From a virus (Duplodnaviria > Heunggongvirae > Uroviricota > Caudoviricetes), in the IMG/VR virus record IMGVR_UViG_2711768049_000003: DNA of 5,824 bases; one strand, given 5' to 3'. Below the pieces are notes generated by a model. It did no database searches and had not been told where the DNA came from. It worked only from the letters and a program-made list of their open reading frames with translations. Below are positions 1-5,824 of the stretch, piece after piece (within the stretch, counting starts at the first letter, position 1; each line of letters opens with the position of its first letter). A program made the translations under genes and the position numbers.

Positions 1-3000
1 TCTTCTGTCCGGTTGCTGATTCAGCTTGAGCGTAGCGGGCACTGGGTGACAGAGAAGGATATCACCATTAACGGTAAGACCACCTCGCAGTACCTGACGT
101 CGGTGATAATCGGTAACCTCCCTGAGCGTCCCTTTAATATCCGGATAGTCAGGGAGACGGCGGACAGTACCACGGACCAGCTGCAGAACAGAACGCTCTG
201 GTCGTCATACACCGAAATCATCGATGTGAAACAGAGCTACCCGAACACAGCCATAGTGGGGCTGCAGGTGGATGCGGAGCAGTTCGGTGGGCAGCAGATG
301 GCGGTGAACTACCATATCCGCGGGCGCATCATCCAGGTGCCGTCAAACTATGACCCGGAAAAACGTACATACAGCGGTATCTGGGACGGGACTCTGAAAC
401 CGGCATACAGCAACAACCCGGCCTGGTGTCTGTGGGATATGCTGACGCATCCACGTTATGGTATGGGAAAGCGCCTCGGGGCCGCGGATGTGGACAAGTG
501 GGCGCTCTATGCCCTCGGACAGTACTGTGACCAGCCGGTTCCGGATGGCTTTGGTGGTACAGAACCCCGTATGACCTTTAATGCGTACCTGTCACAACAG
601 CGTAAGGCGTGGGACGTGCTGGGGGATTTCTGCTCTGCAATGCGCTGTATGCCGGTATGGAACGGACAGACGCTGACGTTTGTTCAGGACAGACCATCGG
701 ATGTTGTCTGGACTTATACCGCCGGTAATGTGGTGACGGGGGAGGATGGGGTAAGTTTTCATTACAGCTTCAGTGCCCTCAAGGACAGACACACGGCAGT
801 TGAGGTGAATTACACCGATCCGCAGAATGGCTGGCAGACATCGACTGAACTGGTGGAGGATCCGGATGCCATACTGCGCTACGGACGCAATCTTCTGAAG
901 ATGGATGCGTTCGGCTGTACCAGCCGTGGTCAGGCTCACCGGGCAGGCCTGTGGGTGATAAAGACCGAACTGCTGGAAACACAGACAGTGGATTTCAGTG
1001 TGGGGGCGGAGGGACTGCGTCACACGCCGGGCGATATCATTGAAATCAGTGATAATGCGTATGCCGGTACCGTGATCGGCGGGCGGATCCTGTCCGTCGA
1101 CAACGCCAGCCGGACCCTGACGCTTGACCGTGAAGTCACTCTCCCGGAAAAGGGCACATCCACGGTGAATCTGATAAACGGCAGTGGTAAGCCGGTGAGT
1201 GTGGATGTTACCGGGCAGCCATCACCTGACAGGATACAGATCAGCACACTGCCTGACGGGGTGGTGGAACACAGTATCTGGGGGCTGGCATTGCCGGGAC
1301 TGCGCCGCCGTCTGTTTCGGTGTGTGGCGATCCGCGAAAATGCGGACGGTACCTTCGCCATCACGGCGGTGCAGCATGTGCCGGAGAAGGAGGCCATCGT
1401 GGATAATGGTGCCACCTTTGAGCCGTTGTCCGGTTCGCTGAACAGTGTCACACCTCCGGCAGTACAGCATCTCACGGTGGAGGTAAGCGCGTCTGACGGT
1501 CAGTATCTGGCGGCGGCGAAATGGGACACGCCGAGGGTGGTGAAGGGCGTGCGCTTCAGTCTGCGCCTGACCAGCGGAACCGGTGAAAACAGCCGTCTGG
1601 TGACCAGCGCCATCACCGCCGACACGGAGCACCGTTTCAGTGGCCTGCCGCTGGGGGAATACACCCTGACGGTCAGGGCGATAAACAGCTATGGCCAGCT
1701 GGGGGAGCCTGCCACCACCACGTTCCGGATTAACGCACCGGCAGCACCTGCCACCATTGAACTGACCCCCGGCTATTTCCAGATAACAGCAGTGCCGCGT
1801 CTTGCGTTGTATGATCCGACGGTACAGTTTGAATTCTGGTTCTCAGAAAAACGCATCACGAACACGGCACAGGTGGAAACGTCCGCCCGTTATCTGGGGA
1901 CCGGCAGCCAGTGGAGCGTCTCCGGCTCGCACATTAAGCCAGGGACAGATTTCTGGTTTTATGTGCGCAGCGTCAACCTGGTGGGTAAATCCGTTTTTGT
2001 TGAAGCAACCGGACGGGCGAGCAATGATGCGGAAGGTTATCTGGACTTTTTCAAAGGAGAAATCGGGAAGACACATCTGGCACAGGGGATGTGGGAGCTG
2101 ATTGATAACAGTCAGCTTGATGATGAGATGGCGGAGATGAAGACCACCATCACAGAAACCCGCAATGAAATCACACAGACGGTCAATAAAATCCTGGAAG
2201 ACCAGAGTGTCACCATACAGCAGATACAGCGTGTGCAGAAGGAGACGGATGACAGCCTGAGCGCACTGTACATGCTGAAGGTGCAGAAAACGAAAAACGG
2301 TATTCCGTATGTTGCTGGTATTGGTGCGGGGATTGAGGATGTTGATGGCCAGACCCTGAGCAATATTCTGCTGCAGGCTGACCGTATCGCGATGATTAAC
2401 CCGGAGAACGGCAACACCACGCCGCTGTTTGTGGCGCAGGGGAATCAGTTGTTCATGAACGACGTATTCCTGAAGCGGTTGTTTGCGGTGAGCATCACCT
2501 CGTCCGGCAATCCCCCTGTGTTCTCCCTGACGCCGGAAGGCAGGCTGACGGCCCGTAATGCGGATATCAGCGGAAATATTAATGCGAACTCTGGCACGCT
2601 CAATAATGTGACCATTAACCAGAACTGCCGGATTCTGGGAAAACTGTCTGCAAACCAGATTGAAGGTGACCTGGTCAAAACAGTGGGGAAAGCTTTCCCA
2701 CGGAATAACAGTTATGCCAGTGGCACTATAACGGTCACCGTTTATGATGACCAGGGCTTCGACAGGCAGATCATCATTCCACCGGTACTGTTCCGGGGGG
2801 CGAGACATGAGCACCAGTCCAGCAAAGATCACACTTCAACATGGTATTCCACGTGTCAGTTACAGGTGCAGATGAACGGAAGGGTAATTTTTCATGAGCC
2901 GGCAACGGATGTCACCCGGGTGTTTTCGTCCGTCATTGATATGCCGGCAGGACGGGGTCATGTGACCCTGACGTTTAATGTGTGGTCGAACGGGGTGAAC

Positions 3001-3081
3001 CACTGGACGCCGACAACATACATCAGTGATTTACTGGTTGTGGTCATGAAAAAATCCACGGCGGGTATCAGTATTTCGTGA
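1..3081 (+). CDS. J: Lambda J-like central tail fibre / host-specificity protein, 5'-truncated by the window edge (C-terminal ~1027 codons present)
   Basis: Reading frame is open from nt 1 with no stop until TGA at 3079-3081; the listed ORF 13..3081 begins at an internal TTG, so the real start lies upstream of the window. The translation reads like lambda J-family proteins from memory, with fibronectin-III-like beta-rich repeats in the middle (e.g. [27 protein letters not shown]...[28 protein letters not shown]) and a distinct C-terminal ~250-aa domain. Position directly upstream of a side tail fibre gene fits lambdoid synteny. Confidence 0.88.
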   Translation, partial: SSVRLLIQLERSGHWVTEKDITINGKTTSQYLTSVIIGNLPERPFNIRIVRETADSTTDQLQNRTLWSSYTEIIDVKQSYPNTAIVGLQVDAEQFGGQQMAVNYHIRGRIIQVPSNYDPEKRTYSGIWDGTLKPAYSNNPAWCLWDMLTHPRYGMGKRLGAADVDKWALYALGQYCDQPVPDGFGGTEPRMTFNAYLSQQRKAWDVLGDFCSAMRCMPVWNGQTLTFVQDRPSDVVWTYTAGNVVTGEDGVSFHYSFSALKDRHTAVEVNYTDPQNGWQTSTELVEDPDAILRYGRNLLKMDAFGCTSRGQAHRAGLWVIKTELLETQTVDFSVGAEGLRHTPGDIIEISDNAYAGTVIGGRILSVDNASRTLTLDREVTLPEKGTSTVNLINGSGKPVSVDVTGQPSPDRIQISTLPDGVVEHSIWGLALPGLRRRLFRCVAIRENADGTFAITAVQHVPEKEAIVDNGATFEPLSGSLNSVTPPAVQHLTVEVSASDGQYLAAAKWDTPRVVKGVRFSLRLTSGTGENSRLVTSAITADTEHRFSGLPLGEYTLTVRAINSYGQLGEPATTTFRINAPAAPATIELTPGYFQITAVPRLALYDPTVQFEFWFSEKRITNTAQVETSARYLGTGSQWSVSGSHIKPGTDFWFYVRSVNLVGKSVFVEATGRASNDAEGYLDFFKGEIGKTHLAQGMWELIDNSQLDDEMAEMKTTITETRNEITQTVNKILEDQSVTIQQIQRVQKETDDSLSALYMLKVQKTKNGIPYVAGIGAGIEDVDGQTLSNILLQADRIAMINPENGNTTPLFVAQGNQLFMNDVFLKRLFAVSITSSGNPPVFSLTPEGRLTARNADISGNINANSGTLNNVTINQNCRILGKLSANQIEGDLVKTVGKAFPRNNSYASGTITVTVYDDQGFDRQIIIPPVLFRGARHEHQSSKDHTSTWYSTCQLQVQMNGRVIFHEPATDVTRVFSSVIDMPAGRGHVTLTFNVWSNGVNHWTPTTYISDLLVVVMKKSTAGISIS

Positions 3082-3278
3082 ACATGATGACCGGAATTGC
3101 CGGAAGGATATAAAACCGTACAGTATGCGCGGGTGCCTTTGGCTGATGGCCGGAGGGAACACCTGAAGGCCTGATGTGAAAAGGCCCCGAGTCAACTTCA
3201 ATGTTAACCCGAGGCCCTGAACCGTCTACCTTAAGCAAGTGGCAGGTTAGCGCCTCTCCGTAATAAGGAGCAAGTTCT

Positions 3279-3389
3279 GTGTCGCAAAAACCGTTAAAAA
3301 CCACCGTGATTTGTATCACGGTAGTGCTCATTATCTGGATCACCCACAGTTCACTGTGTGAATTCCGGTTCCGGATAGCACCTTTTTAA
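3279..3389 (+). CDS. Candidate small membrane peptide (36 aa), Hok/Gef-family-like type I toxin, possibly C-terminally shortened
   Basis: GTG start at 3279 lies 8 nt after a consensus Shine-Dalgarno AAGGAG (3265-3270). Translation is (M)SQKPLKTTVICITVVLIIWITHSSLCEFRFRIAPF, stop TAA at 3387-3389. It has a ~15-residue hydrophobic core followed by a polar/charged L-C-E-x-R-x-R motif, resembling Hok/Gef as recalled (Gef ...VICITAVVAALVTRKDLCEVHIR...). It is too short for the ORF track and about 10 residues shorter than canonical Hok proteins. Confidence 0.4.
   Translation: MSQKPLKTTVICITVVLIIWITHSSLCEFRFRIAPF
3284..3322 (-). terminator. Possible minus-strand hairpin plus T-tract (candidate antisense-RNA terminator or mRNA structure)
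   Basis: Perfect 8-bp inverted repeat ACCGTGAT (3303-3310) / ATCACGGT (3315-3322) with a 4-nt loop. On the minus strand the stem is followed by GGTTTTTAACGGTTTTT (complement of + 3284-3302). No flanking minus-strand gene is evident, so function is uncertain. Confidence 0.22.
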
Positions 3390-3410
3390 TCCTGTAAACC
3401 ACGATTTTTA

Positions 3411-3444
3411 CCGCAGACCGGGAAACCGGCACTGCGGTTTTTTT
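3411..3444 (+). terminator. Rho-independent terminator (hairpin plus T7 tract) at the end of the J-stf intergenic insert
   Basis: CCGCAG (3411-3416) pairs with CTGCGG (3432-3437), with an inner CCGG/CCGG extension, and is followed immediately by TTTTTTT (3438-3444). It sits 22 nt after the small ORF stop and 13 nt before the stf ATG. Confidence 0.7.
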
Positions 3445-3457
3445 ATGGGGAAAATCT

Positions 3458-4864
3458 ATGGCAGTCAGAATATCGGGTGTGCTGAAGGACGGCGCGGGGA
3501 AGCCGGTACCGGGATGCACAATAGAACTGAAAGCGCGACGCACCACAGAAACGGTGATTGTCACTACGGTGGCATACGGGCAGCCGGGGGAGACAGGCAG
3601 CTACAGTATGGATGTTGAACCGGGGCTGTACCGTGTGACCCTGAACACAGAAGGGCGTATGCCGTCATACGTCGGTGACATTCTGGTGAAGGCGGACTCT
3701 GCACCGGGAACACTGAATAAATTCCTGATGGACTTTGAGGATGCGCCATATTATCCGAAAGCCCTCGCTGAGCTGGAAGCGGTGGCTGCGGAAATACTGA
3801 AGCGTGCTGAAGCCTCCGCAGCCAGTGCAGAGGAGGCCAAAAAACGGGCAGAGAATGCCAGGGGGCCGAAGGGTGATAAAGGTGACCCGGGACCGCAGGG
3901 GGTACAGGGACCGAAAGGTGAGACAGGTGCAACCGGGCCACAGGGTGAGCGTGGTGCAACAGGGGCACAGGGTGTTCCGGGCCCCAAAGGGGATACCGGA
4001 GCCACAGGACCTGAGGGTAAAGCCGGTCCTGTGGGACCAAAAGGTGACAGGGGGGACACAGGGCCCAGAGGTGAACGGGGTGAAAAGGGAGAGAAAGGAG
4101 ATCCGGGTGGCCCTCCAGGGCCAAAGGGAGATCCGGGACCACAGGGGCCTGCCGGGCCTCAGGGAAAATCAGGCAGCCTTGAAGATATTACAGACAGGGA
4201 AGCTTTCATCCGTGAGCTTGGTGTGCCCAGAGCATACGGGCGTGACATTTCAACCGGAGCAGGTGAGTGGACGACAGAAGAGTTTGTTGCCTGGCTGAAA
4301 GAGCAGGGGGCATTTGACCATACCTGCTGGATAATGAAGGCATCACTGCCAGCGGCGATGAATAAGGCCATCACTGATGTCGGACCGGGGAAACTCAATC
4401 TGGGCGGCTGTACCATTGAAGTGATGGGAACATATGACGCCGCCATTGTACGGGTCACCATTGGTGAATACGGTGCAACGGGGTTTATTAATGGCACGGT
4501 CTGTACCTGTACGGTTTATGGCGATACCCGGAAATACCACTGGCGGGTGGATTACGGTACCAGGAATAAACCCACGACGGCGAGTCTGGCTGTCAATGGC
4601 TGGGAACGTGATGAGGCTACCGGACGGATGCGACAATGGGGTACGCTTGTGATAAGTGAATCCGATGGTCAGGCGTTATCACTGCACTCCATCCGTTTTC
4701 CGGTGGTTTTTCCTTCAGCAGTGCTGAATGTTCAGGTTTCTCCGGTGGGGGAGCCCGGGAAAATTCCTGGATACACTCTGTCCTCACCGTCATTGCAGTC
4801 GGTGACACTGAGGACTGTCAGAGGAACCTCCGGTAAGTTTTTCTGGGAAGCGACCGGATACTGA
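3458..4864 (+). CDS. stf: Side tail fibre protein with lambda Stf-like N-terminal domain, central collagen-like Gly-X-Y tract and a distinct C-terminal (putative receptor-binding) domain
   Basis: ATG at 3458 preceded by GGGGA (3447-3451). The N-terminus [28 protein letters not shown]... closely resembles the lambda Stf N-terminus as recalled ([26 protein letters not shown]). An Ala/Glu-rich helical segment is followed by 34 Gly-X-Y triplets (aa 136-239), then a ~230-aa Gly-poor C-terminal domain. Stop TGA at 4862-4864. Confidence 0.9.
   Translation: MAVRISGVLKDGAGKPVPGCTIELKARRTTETVIVTTVAYGQPGETGSYSMDVEPGLYRVTLNTEGRMPSYVGDILVKADSAPGTLNKFLMDFEDAPYYPKALAELEAVAAEILKRAEASAASAEEAKKRAENARGPKGDKGDPGPQGVQGPKGETGATGPQGERGATGAQGVPGPKGDTGATGPEGKAGPVGPKGDRGDTGPRGERGEKGEKGDPGGPPGPKGDPGPQGPAGPQGKSGSLEDITDREAFIRELGVPRAYGRDISTGAGEWTTEEFVAWLKEQGAFDHTCWIMKASLPAAMNKAITDVGPGKLNLGGCTIEVMGTYDAAIVRVTIGEYGATGFINGTVCTCTVYGDTRKYHWRVDYGTRNKPTTASLAVNGWERDEATGRMRQWGTLVISESDGQALSLHSIRFPVVFPSAVLNVQVSPVGEPGKIPGYTLSSPSLQSVTLRTVRGTSGKFFWEATGY
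3863..4177 (+). repeat. Collagen-like Gly-X-Y coding repeat (27 uninterrupted triplets, a one-residue register break at GG, then 7 more)
   Basis: Translation G136-S240 of the stf ORF reads [104 protein letters not shown]. The DNA shows the matching GGN-rich 9-bp periodicity, which also produces the spurious minus-strand ORFs here. Confidence 0.9.
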
Positions 4865-4873
4865 GGAGGGATT

Positions 4874-5098
4874 ATGGAGCGTTATATTTTTTCACCGTCC
4901 GCGAATATGTTTTATCCGGCCTCCCTGCGTGCCGTTTACGAGACTACCGGAAACTGGCCTGTGGATGGTATAGAGGTGGACTATGCCGTGTATAAAGTTT
5001 TTGCAGCGGATGCTGCACCGGCGGGCATGAAGCGGGGAGTCGGTACGGAAAAAATGCCGGTCTGGGTGCCGGTATCGGAAGAGGGCACGGGAAAATGA
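4874..5098 (+). CDS. Small protein (74 aa) resembling the N-terminal domain of phage tail fibre assembly (Tfa) proteins
   Basis: Very strong Shine-Dalgarno GAGGAGGG (4863-4870) overlapping the stf stop, ATG at 4874. The translation MERYIFSPSANMFYPASLRAVYETTGNWPVDGIEVDYAVYKVF...AP.GMKRGVG...PVWV fits the conserved N-terminal pattern of Tfa proteins as recalled (FYPA-L---Y---G-WP-DG--V ... P-GK-R-G ... P-W). Its stop TGA (5096-5098) overlaps the next ATG in an ATGA junction. Confidence 0.75.
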   Translation: MERYIFSPSANMFYPASLRAVYETTGNWPVDGIEVDYAVYKVFAADAAPAGMKRGVGTEKMPVWVPVSEEGTGK

Positions 5099-5769
5099 TG
5101 CATGTCAGAAATTTTTCGTATTACACACCGGCAGAGCCGGATGTGGCGGGTGCGATATACCTGAAATCTGAGGATGGTCAGGACTGGTATGAATGCCATT
5201 CCAGGTTTGCGGAAGACACGCTGAAGGTGGTGTATGACAGCCGTGGTGTGATTACGGGATATGGTAAGGACATTAAGTTGTTGTGGCCGGTGAACCAGAG
5301 TGTGGCTGAAGTGCCGGACGCACCGGAAAGCCTGAAAATTGACCTGAGCGGACGCTGGGGATTTGACGGGGAAAAAATCACCGACCTGCTGACGGCTGAC
5401 AGAGCACGTGAACAGAAGGGGGCAGAAATAAATGCCTGGCGAAGTGCCATGGAAAATGCGGAGTATGTGTTTGAGTACAATGGACGGAAGTGGGACTACG
5501 GCAAGGTGACTCAGGTTCGTCTTGAGCCGTCGGTGGCAGCAGCAAAAGCGGGAATACTGCCGGAGGGATTTTTCTGGACAGATGCAGAAAATAATGACGT
5601 GCCGATGACAGCGGAGGCTTTGATCGCGCTCAGCGCCGCGGCAGAAAAGGCGATGTTTCAGAAAGGGATGGAAATCCACGTTCGCCAGCGCATGATGAAG
5701 AAAGAGCTGGAAAAGCTGACCAGTGCGGATGAGATACTGGCATATAAGGTTGGCTGGGCACAGGAATAA
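5095..5769 (+). CDS. Tail fibre assembly / chaperone-like protein (224 aa), N-terminal region resembling the P2 gpG / Mu U family
   Basis: ATGA overlap with the upstream ORF indicates translational coupling; same strand and operon as stf. Residues ~20-95 (IYLKSEDGQDWYECHSRFAEDTLKVVYDSRGVITGYGKD...SVAEVPDAPE) match the recalled P2 gpG/Mu U N-terminal pattern (W.WSEDGKNWYEE...DTIKIVYD...SVVEVPDI). The C-terminal half does not show the typical Tfa C-terminal ...PDIEWP motif. Stop TAA at 5767-5769. Confidence 0.75.
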   Translation: MMHVRNFSYYTPAEPDVAGAIYLKSEDGQDWYECHSRFAEDTLKVVYDSRGVITGYGKDIKLLWPVNQSVAEVPDAPESLKIDLSGRWGFDGEKITDLLTADRAREQKGAEINAWRSAMENAEYVFEYNGRKWDYGKVTQVRLEPSVAAAKAGILPEGFFWTDAENNDVPMTAEALIALSAAAEKAMFQKGMEIHVRQRMMKKELEKLTSADEILAYKVGWAQE

Positions 5770-5824
5770 CAGACAAAAAGATGGGGGAACCAGCACCTCA
5801 CGCATGAACTGCAAAGATTATGAA

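Noticed and set aside
1843-2832. 329-aa minus-strand ORF inside the J gene
   Set aside because: It is entirely antisense to a long, homology-supported + strand gene; the translation is Arg/His/Cys-rich, typical of antisense frames of GC-rich coding DNA, and there is no RBS context. The same applies to the other minus-strand ORFs within J (21..221, 592..1023, 779..982, 1020..1475, 1222..1632, 2112..2420, 2445..2678) and the + strand alternative-frame ORFs 1199..1441 and 1802..2101.
3085-3114. Possible sigma70 promoter for the small ORF (TATAAA at 3109-3114)
   Set aside because: There is no acceptable -35 hexamer at 16-18 bp spacing (best is TGATGA), so I did not annotate it as a feature; experimental 5'-end mapping would be needed.
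3345-3358. CACAGT-TC-ACTGTG near-palindrome considered as a LexA (SOS) box
   Set aside because: The LexA consensus is CTGT-N8-ACAG; here the half-sites are in the opposite arrangement (ACAG-N4-CTGT) with wrong spacing, so it is not an SOS box. It is kept only as an unexplained palindrome.
3068-3564. Minus-strand ORFs 3068..3343 (91 aa) and 3340..3564 (74 aa) across the intergenic region
   Set aside because: No convincing RBS; they run antisense through the stf start and the + strand terminator, and their composition is unremarkable. I cannot fully exclude a small minus-strand product, but nothing supports one.
3863-4177. Repetitive DNA considered as a CRISPR array or mobile-element repeat
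   Set aside because: The periodicity is 3/9 bp and in frame with a Gly-X-Y protein tract; there are no 28-37-bp direct repeats with unique spacers and no transposase or inverted terminal repeats anywhere in the window.
3564-4298. Minus-strand ORFs 3564..4142 and 3751..4059 and the + strand ORF 3804..4298, all overlapping the collagen tract
   Set aside because: These are artefacts of the GGN-rich triplet repeat, which is open in several frames; their translations are Pro/Arg-rich low-complexity strings, and the true frame is fixed by the Stf-like N-terminus and the Gly-X-Y periodicity.
4981-5814. 277-aa minus-strand ORF covering the tail-fibre-assembly genes
   Set aside because: It is longer than the sense ORF but Cys/His/Arg-rich and compositionally odd. 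The + strand ORFs have strong RBSs, ATGA coupling, operon-consistent orientation and recognisable Tfa-family patterns.

Overview
This window is the distal tail-fibre end of a lambdoid (siphovirus-type) prophage or phage late operon, all coding on the + strand. It contains the 3' ~3.1 kb of a lambda J-like central tail fibre / host-specificity gene (truncated by the window start), then a 376-bp gap where lambda carries lom, then a 468-aa side-tail-fibre gene with a lambda Stf-like N-terminus and a long collagen-like Gly-X-Y tract, then two translationally coupled tail-fibre-assembly-like ORFs (74 aa and 224 aa). The most interesting signal is in the J-stf gap: a 36-codon ORF with a strong Shine-Dalgarno, a hydrophobic transmembrane core and a Hok/Gef-like LCE-x-R-x-R motif, followed by a clear rho-independent terminator. 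This looks like a moron-type insert carrying a candidate type I toxin. All homology statements are from reading the translations and from memory of the families; no database search was run. No rRNA, tRNA, CRISPR array or transposase/IS element was recognised.
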